A DNA stretch of 64,000 nucleotides, from positions 1 to 64,000 of IMG/VR virus record IMGVR_UViG_3300031413_000003, one strand, 5' to 3'. The translations under genes and the position numbers were made by a program. The notes under the pieces were generated by a model. The model saw only the letters and a program-made list of their open reading frames with translations, was not told the DNA's origin and did not search any database. This document shows positions 28,363 to 37,434 of the stretch, piece after piece. The number at the start of each line of letters is the position of its first letter. Position 1 is the stretch's first letter. The DNA is from a virus.

Positions 28363-28740
28363 TCATTGGGGGTTATTGAGAACGTTATCTACAATGGAAT
28401 CTTTTCGGCACACGCTTTCGATTCGTTGACCGTTAGCAAATTGCACCACAGAGTATTGTTGCATATTTCCAGTGTCGACAAACTCTATAGCATAGGAACA
28501 CAGTTGCGATTTACTTACCAACGGAAGTTCCCAGCTATCATAACCCTGTCCTCGGTTTACGATGGGGCTTATGGTGTTGACATGGAGCATGCAGGTTGAC
28601 ATTTGAAGATCGAACACATAGTAGTGGTCGTTCTTTTCGAGTTCCGCAGTACCCCGGTCGGTTTCGCATTTGAATATGGTGTTGGCAATAGAAGAGCCTG
28701 AAAGACAAATTAAAAGTAGTGCAGCTATTAATCGCTTCAT
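28363..28740 (-). CDS. Secreted/periplasmic protein with Cys residues
   Basis: ATG 28740 with GAGG RBS; signal peptide MKRLIAALLLICLSGSSIA-N; FKC...SVC. Confidence 0.75.
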   Translation of the reverse strand: MKRLIAALLLICLSGSSIANTIFKCETDRGTAELEKNDHYYVFDLQMSTCMLHVNTISPIVNRGQGYDSWELPLVSKSQLCSYAIEFVDTGNMQQYSVVQFANGQRIESVCRKDSIVDNVLNNPQ

Positions 28741-28776
28741 TAGTACCTCGACATTAATGGGGGGCATTACACCCAA

Positions 28777-28798
28777 GTAATATAGGTCTAAGAAACTT
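28777..28798 (-). promoter_or_regulatory. Early promoter
   Basis: Minus strand AAGTTTCTTAGACCTATATTAC. Confidence 0.8.
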
Positions 28799-28815
28799 TA
28801 CGTTATAGTGATAAG

Positions 28816-28846
28816 AATAAGTTGTGGCGCAATGCCACAACTTATT
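28816..28846 (-). terminator. Intrinsic terminator
   Basis: AATAAGTTGTGGC-GCAAT-GCCACAACTTATT after the protease stop. Confidence 0.8.
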
Positions 28847-28852
28847 TAGGTC

Positions 28853-29752
28853 TTAGAACAGGTCGAAGCAACCGGTGTTAACCGCAGTAACAACTTTAGA
28901 ACCCTTGCTGTTACGTTTGATGGTAGCGATCACATTGTCCATGTCATTGAAGCTTTCCATGCCAGCAAAGCGAGCAATGACGTCTGGGTTGTTGCGATGA
29001 GTTTCCCATGCATCCACCAGAGTATCCACAGTAAAGCTAATGGAACCGGCAGAGGTTGGGTCAAAGCTGTTACCCATGCCAGACAGCAGATCTTCCAGAC
29101 CGGCAGTGAGATGTTTACACGCTTCCGCCGCACCTGGTTCAAACACCAGATCGAAGTTACAGAAGTATTCGATAAAGCGAGTTTTGTCGCCCATCTTCTG
29201 CGGTGCGGTGACGGTACGCATGCTCAGTGCGGTATTAATGTCTGGATTGGTCAAGCTGTCTTGAGCAAGTTGCTTGTGTGTGCCGAATGGAATAATCTCG
29301 GCGCGCATCATGACCGGGTCATAACGACCACCCATCATATCAAAGTGAATACGACGAATGTGCAAACACACGTTGTCCATCACGATGGTACGCAGGCGCA
29401 TGACCCACTCAAACGCTTCAGTGATTGGTGTACGAACCACCATACCGTTGACGCGCTCAAGGTAAAACGGTTGTGGGTGACCCAGTTCGGCATAGACTTC
29501 GCCACGGGCCACACGACGCATCAGGTCACTGTTAGGATCCATGCACTCCATGACATAATCATTCACGGCGTAAGCATGTCCCAGACGAAGCGGGGCATTT
29601 AACTTACCCGCATTCATCATGTAGTAACCGGAGTCGTCCATGGGTTTTAATACCCCACGTTTTCCACTTCCAGCCAGCAGTGTGTTCTCAAAGGTCAAGG
29701 TCTGACCCTGTTGATTCACCAACTGACGAGAAGGCGTTAAGATGTTACTCAT
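28853..29752 (-). CDS. Prohead (head maturation) protease, phiKZ gp175/SPN3US gp245-like
   Basis: YAELGHP catalytic His motif, ALSMR catalytic Ser motif, FDLVFEPG; synteny with vRNAP genes. Confidence 0.85.
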   Translation of the reverse strand: MSNILTPSRQLVNQQGQTLTFENTLLAGSGKRGVLKPMDDSGYYMMNAGKLNAPLRLGHAYAVNDYVMECMDPNSDLMRRVARGEVYAELGHPQPFYLERVNGMVVRTPITEAFEWVMRLRTIVMDNVCLHIRRIHFDMMGGRYDPVMMRAEIIPFGTHKQLAQDSLTNPDINTALSMRTVTAPQKMGDKTRFIEYFCNFDLVFEPGAAEACKHLTAGLEDLLSGMGNSFDPTSAGSISFTVDTLVDAWETHRNNPDVIARFAGMESFNDMDNVIATIKRNSKGSKVVTAVNTGCFDLF

Positions 29753-30476
29753 CGGTTGGAATACCCCTAATTAATTTATCCAGTCCAGTGACTTTATCAC
29801 TTGGCTTGATGATGCTGGAAAGGAGGTTATCGTTTAAATAGCCGCCAATGTAACGGGAGAAGCTATCTGTGATCAACATGCTTGGGTTGTTTAAGCCCAC
29901 GATCACAGGATCCCTGCCTTCCTTCATGGCTTTACTGCCACGATATGGTTTCTCTAAATCATCCGGGTCACGATAGATGATTGAGAAGAGTGTACGCATT
30001 ACCTGCGGAGACGCCCCTACCTTTTTGCCTAGCTCCGGGATAGCGGAGTCAAACAACGTACTGTGGACCTTCCAGTCCATGTACCATGGAATCTTCGCGT
30101 AGTTCACGAACTCCATGAAGTAGAAGTACGGCATGTTGGGATCAATCGAGCTACGGACATTTTCAAATACCGTGTCGCCCTTAAAGAACTCCATGTGCAC
30201 GTACTTCTCCCCGTTAATGCTGACGTCCGTCATATCCGTGGGATACAAGTTCATGTTCAGCATTGACAGGAAGCAGCAATAACAGTCATCCGGCAGGATG
30301 ATACCCAACACGGGCGCTGTAGTCACAAAGTCTGTGATTTCCGCTAACCCGTTCTGAGTAAAGCGACGAGGAATCTGAATAAACAAATTGCGGTTGGCTA
30401 TAACCGAACCGTCCTCCAGGATAGTCAACGCCTTTTTAACTTTCTCAGGATTCTTAACCAGTCCAGTTATATCCAT
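29745..30476 (-). CDS. Probable virion RNA polymerase beta' C-terminal subunit (phiKZ gp176/SPN3US gp244-like)
   Basis: Adjacent to the protease; C-terminal GLNN...TDSFSRYIGGY..LL....D..GLDKLIRG resembles the beta' C-terminal region. Confidence 0.6.
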   Translation of the reverse strand: MDITGLVKNPEKVKKALTILEDGSVIANRNLFIQIPRRFTQNGLAEITDFVTTAPVLGIILPDDCYCCFLSMLNMNLYPTDMTDVSINGEKYVHMEFFKGDTVFENVRSSIDPNMPYFYFMEFVNYAKIPWYMDWKVHSTLFDSAIPELGKKVGASPQVMRTLFSIIYRDPDDLEKPYRGSKAMKEGRDPVIVGLNNPSMLITDSFSRYIGGYLNDNLLSSIIKPSDKVTGLDKLIRGIPTDE

Positions 30477-30480
30477 TTAC

Positions 30481-32013
30481 TTATTCCACCGTAAAGAGTT
30501 TATTAACGAAGTGACGAATCACCGCAGCATGCAGGTTTTCGCGACGGGTTACTTCACAGTCACCGGCGTTACCCAGGCCGATGGTCATGCCCATTACTGA
30601 ACACGCGTCTTTACAACCAATGAAGCCCAGGAAGTCAACCGGCAAACCGATCCAGAAGATAGCATCTTCGGTAGAGCGCTTTTCATTGCTCAACGCATGG
30701 AACAGAGAAGAACCGTAGTTCTTTTTATCCAGGAAGCGATTAACAGCCATCTGGATCTCGGCAGTGTTACCGTCTTTTGCAAACTGTGCAGAGAGTTCAG
30801 GTGAGTCACTCAGGAACTTAAAGATGACTTGACTGATCACGCGGTTGTAGATATCAGATGACGCTTCACGCGCAATGTTGATAACATGTTCACACAGGCT
30901 GCTCAGGTACTGCTGTGCTGCATCCACGTCAGAAGAATAAGTGGACGCAACAGATGGCTCCAGCGTCAGGTACTTACGATAGAAGAACGCTACCGCAACA
31001 TCCGTAAAGCTCATGCTCTTTTCCAGACACATGTCCAGGCCCGCTGCATTGAAGAACACAGTGGCTTTTGCACGAACACGCTTGAACATCTTGCTGCCTT
31101 CAACCGGCAGGGCTTCACGCAGTACAGTCTCGCCGTGTTCCACGATACGGATAGGATAGTTAACCAGACCCGATACCATGTTCTTCAGAGAGATCAGCGC
31201 TTGCTGATACGCTGTGTGCAGGAAAGCGATGTGCGCACGGTATTCTTCCAGACCGCCAGCGCTCAGACCTTCAAACGGCGCATCTTCAGCTTTCATCTTG
31301 CTGAGCAGGATGTACTGAATAAACAGAGTTTCCGCCTGGTTCATGTACGGTTGAGTGAAGTCCACGGTGTTATGTTCTTCGTCGTACTTAAACGGCAGGC
31401 GCCAGCCGCCACCACCCAGTGAGCACAGTGCATCAGTAAGATCCACGTTGGCGCTCATCATCAATTCGTTGATTTCTGGGTTATCAATGTTCAGCCAGCT
31501 CTGGATCTGGTTTGGTTCCCAGCGAGTAAAGCTGACTTTGTTCAGTTCATCAGTGCTGACCTTTTCCAGGCTCAGAGCCAGTTTCGGCGCTTCACGTGGA
31601 TAGAACAGAGAGCTGTAGAAAGGATGATCGGTGCGAATGAACTCCAGGGACAGTGAATCCATCAGGAAGTTCTTGGCCATGCGATCTGGATTAGAGATCA
31701 TGCTTTCAACTGAGTTCAACCCGCTGGTCAGTGCATTAGAGATGCCACGACCATAAGCACGAATCTGCTCAAAGGTTACACGCAGGTTTTCCGCCAGCGC
31801 AGTGGTTACTTCATCTGCAATGACGTTGTACTCAGGTGAGGTTGCACTGAGTTCAGGAATGCGAGCCATGTAATTCTCTGGCTCCATCGGCATTACGCCT
31901 TCCAGGTTGTTTGCCATAGCAACAACAACCGGGCTTACGTTAGCCAGTACGTCCGTATCAGGAACGCTTACTGCCAACGCTTCGGCGATCGCCAGGTTCT
32001 TAGAGTTTAACAT
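30481..32013 (-). CDS. Putative virion head protein (SPN3US gp243-like by position)
   Basis: 510 aa; synteny within the head/vRNAP cluster. Confidence 0.55.
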   Translation of the reverse strand: MLNSKNLAIAEALAVSVPDTDVLANVSPVVVAMANNLEGVMPMEPENYMARIPELSATSPEYNVIADEVTTALAENLRVTFEQIRAYGRGISNALTSGLNSVESMISNPDRMAKNFLMDSLSLEFIRTDHPFYSSLFYPREAPKLALSLEKVSTDELNKVSFTRWEPNQIQSWLNIDNPEINELMMSANVDLTDALCSLGGGGWRLPFKYDEEHNTVDFTQPYMNQAETLFIQYILLSKMKAEDAPFEGLSAGGLEEYRAHIAFLHTAYQQALISLKNMVSGLVNYPIRIVEHGETVLREALPVEGSKMFKRVRAKATVFFNAAGLDMCLEKSMSFTDVAVAFFYRKYLTLEPSVASTYSSDVDAAQQYLSSLCEHVINIAREASSDIYNRVISQVIFKFLSDSPELSAQFAKDGNTAEIQMAVNRFLDKKNYGSSLFHALSNEKRSTEDAIFWIGLPVDFLGFIGCKDACSVMGMTIGLGNAGDCEVTRRENLHAAVIRHFVNKLFTVE

Positions 32014-32192
32014 GCGTGTCCCTTACTTCGGCAGGTTTTGAATACGAGAGTTAATGGCTTTGCTGATCTTTTCATCCTGAATAGCAGGATCCAGTGGAGC
32101 GATGTGCTCCCAGCCCAGTTTGTGAATTGCTTTCTTGGTCAGTTGAGTGACGATAGCAATTGCGACAACGTTCTTTACAAAAGACGAGTTGC

Positions 32193-33062
32193 TCATGGTT
32201 TGACGTTCCTGTTGATGAGCTGCATGCCTTCATAATAAGAGGCATAAATGCGAGCAGAGATTTCAGCGATGGTAATAACACCATCACGGTTAATGTCCAG
32301 ACCGTTGTTCTGGGTATAGCCCTTGGTGCCCTTTTCGAAGATCTTTTCGTTAGGCGCATGACCAATGGCTTTCGGGTAAAACACACTGAGATAGAAATCA
32401 TCCAGGCGCTTAAAGATCCCGTATTGTTTCTGACGCATGTCAAAGTACTTGAACACGTACTGGAGTTGATCCATCTGCGACATTGCCGCTAATGCTTCAA
32501 CTGTTGTGCCCAGGTCGCTGGCAGCAGGACGCATGAACTGCAGCAGTCCAAATGCCTGTGCACCGGCCATGTTCTGAATGTCAGGACGGAATGTACCCGC
32601 AGACTCAAAGCCCATACAACCCATTGCACAATGCGCGCCAATCCAGCCCAGACCACGACTGTCAGCCCAGTTCTTCACCGCTTGAGTGAAATCAGTAGAA
32701 ACACGCTTGCTCCAGCAGAGATCCCACTCTGGCAGACCTTTGTCCTGACGGTACTCTTTGTTAATGGTGTAGAACGCCAGGGAAGTCCCGTCGCCATACA
32801 AACCATCCGCACGTCCTTTATAAAGACCGAGCGCAGTAAGTGCCGTTTGGATATTTGTTAAGATTTGATCTGGGGCAGAGGAGGGAACAAGTCCCCCCAC
32901 CGAACCACTCACGCCACGCTTTTGTGCAGCGGTAGTGAGCAGCAAGTTGACAGCATCCGTGCTGCCTTGACCCCAGACGCCATCAATTCGACCGTTGTAC
33001 AAGCGTGACTCAGCCAGTCCCACTTGTAGATCTTTAATTGCATTGACGCCGGAATTAATCAT
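32193..33062 (-). CDS. Modular endolysin: two PG-binding repeats plus lytic transglycosylase/lysozyme-like domain
   Basis: LQ..L...LY.G..DG..G..T repeated twice; FES...AFGLLQFM catalytic motifs; GLDINRDGVITIAE EF-hand-like loop. Confidence 0.82.
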   Translation of the reverse strand: MINSGVNAIKDLQVGLAESRLYNGRIDGVWGQGSTDAVNLLLTTAAQKRGVSGSVGGLVPSSAPDQILTNIQTALTALGLYKGRADGLYGDGTSLAFYTINKEYRQDKGLPEWDLCWSKRVSTDFTQAVKNWADSRGLGWIGAHCAMGCMGFESAGTFRPDIQNMAGAQAFGLLQFMRPAASDLGTTVEALAAMSQMDQLQYVFKYFDMRQKQYGIFKRLDDFYLSVFYPKAIGHAPNEKIFEKGTKGYTQNNGLDINRDGVITIAEISARIYASYYEGMQLINRNVKP

Positions 33063-33063
33063 T

Positions 33064-36000
33064 TTACACTTTTCCTCTATAGATGTTGATGAACTGGTCT
33101 TTAACTCCGTAACAGTACTCGGTTAAGCACGCTTTATTCCGCAAGCTGATAACCATACGCTTGAACATTGACTTGAAGCTGAACTTCAGTGGTACAGGGC
33201 GACCATCTTCGGTGTGCATCTGGCGCGGTACAATGTGTCCTACGGTTCCCTTCATCTGGTTACCGTAAACAAATTTATCCGATACCGTTGCTGCACTCAG
33301 ACCTTCAACGTAAATACTGATGCGAACACGTCCATAAGGAATGCTCGGCTTCTTCACATTGATGCCTGTACCGACACGGTTGTTCTGTGCACCTTTGCCC
33401 AGGAAACCGGTTAAGTCTCTGCGCTTCTTGTCGTGCTCACGTACCAGTTTCTTCACAGAGTCGCTCATCTCATCTTCCACAGCATTATACGCAACTTCAA
33501 TTGCGATAACTTCTCCGGCGTAGGAAGATTTGATTTGCTTAATACCCGCTCGGTTAATTTCGTTGAGGACATCGTCGTCGCTTTCAAAGCTGTCGACATA
33601 GCTATCCAAAACTTCGCATAAAATCGAGTCGAACTCAACTTTATCACCTACCTTGCGGCGAATCTTAATAGTCTCACCTGCATCAACAAAGAAGGTGAAC
33701 TCTTTTGGCACCGGAGTAACGAACTCTTCAGCCAGTCCGCTCCAGAACTCCATGGAGTCTTCGTATACCGTTTGGTCTTCCATGAAAGCAGCGCGCGTCA
33801 TGCGTCCAGTCTTCACAGATACCTGACCAGGACAGTAAGGGTCTTTGGCAAACCACTCTTCGTCCCAGGCTAATACTTCACCTGCGGTAAACGTTTTTCC
33901 TTCCTTCATGTCTGTGACTAACGTGTGACGGTAGACTTCACCATCTGCACGCCCCAGCTTCAGCCCCAATTCACAGCTGTCTGTGGTACCGTCTTCATAC
34001 TGCACGGTTAACCCCAGTTCAGAGATCTTAACGATCTTACCTGCCTTCTTCGCGACCTTGGCAAAGGTTGGACCTAAGCGGTGAGCAAAGATATTATCCT
34101 GGCCGGTACGAACGATGTTTGGAGTGTAGTTACGCGCAGAGATCGCATGACTACTCTGAATACTGGCGAATGATGAACGTTTCGGGTCATCAAGACACGT
34201 ACCGTATTTCAGGTTACCGATAGAGGACAACAGTTGACTGTCATGGGAACCTTCTTTGGTGTCCACTGCACCACGGAAGTCAGCAACGCGCGGATCACTT
34301 ACGGTGTAGCCTACAAAGCCTACTTTACCGTTGTCCTTGTTTGCTTCCCCGATCACACCTTTATAAGACTTCAGCTGACCACGTGTGCGTTTCAGCATGG
34401 TCTGTTCATCACGACCCTTGAAACCACCAAAGGTAATGTCTTCTTGAGACTTCGTGACGTGGAAAGGCGACATCTCTTTTACCAAGGCAGCAGAACTGTC
34501 GGTAATGATGTTCGTGATCACAGCCTGCGGGTTAAGGTCAAACGTCTGGTTGCCTGTTTCTGTCTTGTTCTTGAACTGGCGGTTACTCTTACACAGTTCA
34601 GAATAGATGTGACTGACAAAACGTTCGTAGCCCACAATCAACTGTTCATCAAGCTCGACCTCATGGGTAGTGAAGTCATTCAACAGCAGTTTGATAGCGT
34701 CAATTAACAAGTAGTGGAAACTTACGCTGTAGCCCATGTTGCGCAAACGAACTTTGGTAATCGGATCAATGAAGAGATCGAACATGTTCTTCATTTCATT
34801 AAAGTGCTGCGGACGCACCTTAGGGTCTGCCATTAACGGCACCCACACGCCACGACTGTTGAGGTCACTGCGTGAAAAGTTCACCATATTAGACAGTTTG
34901 GCCATGCCACCGAATACCAGAGAAGCAATGCCTTCGCGTTTGCTGAATACCAGCATCTCGTCATTGAAGTTCAACGAGAACTCATCACCTTCTAACTTGT
35001 AGCGCTGACCTGCTGGAATGGTCCGGTAAGTTGGACGTAACACTTTCAGCAGTTTGTCAATACCGAAGTAGTAACACAGCACCACACCCGCCGGGAACTT
35101 ATAACCGTTGACGTTGATCACTGCATGCTCGATAGGAAGCTTGCCTGCATCAACACCCACCAGTTCCTCAAACGACCCCATCGCTGTTCCGTCAAGATAG
35201 ACCACACCAAAGGTATCAATGGTCATGGGTTTCCCACGGTACTCACCCACCGGCCAGCTGGTTTCCTTCTTCAAGGATTTCCACTCAGGGCGCTTTTCAA
35301 TCAGGGCGTCAGTATCAAAGTTGAATTCTAATCCATGTGGATCATCATTGACTTTGATCATGCGGTATTTACGGTTCAGCATGGTGACATAACGCGGACA
35401 CTTGATGCTACGGTCGATCAAGTTGGCGTTGCTTACTGTGAGCTTTTTGGCTTCAGACAACAGGGCAATCTGACGAATCAGTTTGCTGCCGTAGTTATCT
35501 GCTTCCATCTCACTGCGCGTGACGTTGACTTTCTTATCGTAATAAGAGGTCAGAACCACACGGCTTTCATTGATCTTACGAATCGGTTTCTCGATACGCT
35601 GGAACTGGAAGTACTGCTTAACGCCGTCTACCAAGAACTCACCGTGCTCGTCTACCGTAGGAATTGGGAACGTACGGACCGCAGGCTTACCTTTAACCGG
35701 CATCAGCTGCATGCGCAGAACCTGATAGCTTCCCTCGATATCATCAACCTGATCGATTGCATAGTCGCTGATAATGATACCGGCGTTCTGCAAGTTCAGC
35801 ACGGCTGCTGCGATATCACGGTGCATGAACTTCTTCGCATAGTCGTTACGCAAAGACACCACACGTTGACGCAGCATGGTTTTGTCCAGTACCGTTGGGA
35901 AGTCACCCTGGATGTGTCCACCCACGTCCTTGAGTTCTTCTTCAGGGATATGGATAAACTCTTCCATGGTCTGGCCGTTAGGCATCGCGATCTTCTGGAA

Positions 36001-37434
36001 GCTTTTGGCTTTCTCTTCGTAATAAGCTTTCTGACGAACAGTCAGTGTACCTTCACGCGCCATCTCTTCCAGGGCCAGGTTAATACCCGAAGTGGGCGTA
36101 TCAAAGACATCCTTAATCGTACTGATGGCTTCGCTAACAACAGCAGGTTCCAGGATGTGATCATCAATCGGACTCAACCAATCGAGTTCTACTTGCTCAC
36201 CTTCTCCGCTTCCAACTTCAACGCCGGGTTCTGTTCCATCTGCCGCAGACGCTCCTGCTGCTGCTCCCGGTACTCCCATTGTGCCTGCTGCATCATGCGT
36301 GCTTCCCGCAGCTCCATTGGTTCCTGATGACTGAGCAGAATCTTTTTTACCAGACCTGAAAAGATCGACAAGATCAACATAGTCAGGAGTAGCTTCTTCA
36401 GACTCATTCGCGCTAGCTTGGCTTTGACCAGGGCGTCCGGATTGTGCTTTATTTTCTCCAGTGCTATCGTCCGTAGGAGTTCCCGCTCCTTCAGCCAGTT
36501 CTCCACTGATTTGTTCTTCATTGCTCTGCTCCAGCGCAGCATCCGCTGAAGAACCGTTAACCAGGTTAATCAAATCAAGATAAATACGTTTAACCGCATT
36601 ATCGATCTTGTTAGGTTTGTCCCAGATCGGTTCCAGCCAGGATAAAAGTAGACCCGCATTAATGATCCACACACGGCTATTTGAGCAGAACATGAACTGG
36701 ACGTTGTTGAGCGTATCCCGGTCCAAATGTGCAAACAGTGTGTGTTCCTTATCACCACGCAGCCATAACAGTAAGTCGAGCAGCCAGTAGCAGTTCTCTG
36801 CCTTGGTTGAGCGAAGTACCGTGTTGTCGACGTGCGGCTTTCCATCCTTGAATGATTTTGCGTAGCGAACCGTATCTTCTCTTAACAGCTTGAAACTCGG
36901 CATGTTAACAGGTAAATCAAAACGCACAAACTGCTGACGCTGCTTGTAGCTCTGACCCGTTTCGTTAATGCTGTTGATCAGCAGGTTCATGGCGTTATAA
37001 GACTTAACGAAGTTCAGGAACAGGTTAGCCGTATAACGGAATGTACGAAACGCGAGTGCATGGTTCTGCACCACGAGATACTTTTCTTGACGATAGGCAA
37101 AGCTAAGATCCTTTTGCCACTTGTACTGATAAAAGCGGTTACGGTAAAACTTGATTGCAGGCGCCAAGTTGAAGTTGACGTTATGACCCGCACCCAACAC
37201 AGGAGAGAAACCCATGCGGAAATCAATGTAGGTGTCACCAGGGTAGTTACTGATGAAACCTTCGGGATAGCCCGGGCCGTCATCCTGTTCATGCTGAGGC
37301 ATGTAATGAATGATCGACCCTTTAGGCAGCACAACATCGCCCACAGCGTGATAGCGTGGTGACAGCAGATCGTTTTTCTTGCGCATAACAAACGCACGAT
37401 AAAACTCACTGTAGGTATGTAAACGTTGGGTCAT
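33064..37434 (-). CDS. Virion RNA polymerase beta subunit, N-terminal part (phiKZ gp178-like)
   Basis: 1456 aa; YEDS motif, DKFVYGNQMKG (beta DK...KG), FLVDGVK, DDPKR. Confidence 0.88.
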   Translation of the reverse strand: MTQRLHTYSEFYRAFVMRKKNDLLSPRYHAVGDVVLPKGSIIHYMPQHEQDDGPGYPEGFISNYPGDTYIDFRMGFSPVLGAGHNVNFNLAPAIKFYRNRFYQYKWQKDLSFAYRQEKYLVVQNHALAFRTFRYTANLFLNFVKSYNAMNLLINSINETGQSYKQRQQFVRFDLPVNMPSFKLLREDTVRYAKSFKDGKPHVDNTVLRSTKAENCYWLLDLLLWLRGDKEHTLFAHLDRDTLNNVQFMFCSNSRVWIINAGLLLSWLEPIWDKPNKIDNAVKRIYLDLINLVNGSSADAALEQSNEEQISGELAEGAGTPTDDSTGENKAQSGRPGQSQASANESEEATPDYVDLVDLFRSGKKDSAQSSGTNGAAGSTHDAAGTMGVPGAAAGASAADGTEPGVEVGSGEGEQVELDWLSPIDDHILEPAVVSEAISTIKDVFDTPTSGINLALEEMAREGTLTVRQKAYYEEKAKSFQKIAMPNGQTMEEFIHIPEEELKDVGGHIQGDFPTVLDKTMLRQRVVSLRNDYAKKFMHRDIAAAVLNLQNAGIIISDYAIDQVDDIEGSYQVLRMQLMPVKGKPAVRTFPIPTVDEHGEFLVDGVKQYFQFQRIEKPIRKINESRVVLTSYYDKKVNVTRSEMEADNYGSKLIRQIALLSEAKKLTVSNANLIDRSIKCPRYVTMLNRKYRMIKVNDDPHGLEFNFDTDALIEKRPEWKSLKKETSWPVGEYRGKPMTIDTFGVVYLDGTAMGSFEELVGVDAGKLPIEHAVINVNGYKFPAGVVLCYYFGIDKLLKVLRPTYRTIPAGQRYKLEGDEFSLNFNDEMLVFSKREGIASLVFGGMAKLSNMVNFSRSDLNSRGVWVPLMADPKVRPQHFNEMKNMFDLFIDPITKVRLRNMGYSVSFHYLLIDAIKLLLNDFTTHEVELDEQLIVGYERFVSHIYSELCKSNRQFKNKTETGNQTFDLNPQAVITNIITDSSAALVKEMSPFHVTKSQEDITFGGFKGRDEQTMLKRTRGQLKSYKGVIGEANKDNGKVGFVGYTVSDPRVADFRGAVDTKEGSHDSQLLSSIGNLKYGTCLDDPKRSSFASIQSSHAISARNYTPNIVRTGQDNIFAHRLGPTFAKVAKKAGKIVKISELGLTVQYEDGTTDSCELGLKLGRADGEVYRHTLVTDMKEGKTFTAGEVLAWDEEWFAKDPYCPGQVSVKTGRMTRAAFMEDQTVYEDSMEFWSGLAEEFVTPVPKEFTFFVDAGETIKIRRKVGDKVEFDSILCEVLDSYVDSFESDDDVLNEINRAGIKQIKSSYAGEVIAIEVAYNAVEDEMSDSVKKLVREHDKKRRDLTGFLGKGAQNNRVGTGINVKKPSIPYGRVRISIYVEGLSAATVSDKFVYGNQMKGTVGHIVPRQMHTEDGRPVPLKFSFKSMFKRMVISLRNKACLTEYCYGVKDQFINIYRGKV

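Noticed and set aside
35335-36327. 330-aa plus-strand ORF inside vRNAP betaN
   Set aside because: Antisense shadow of a conserved essential gene
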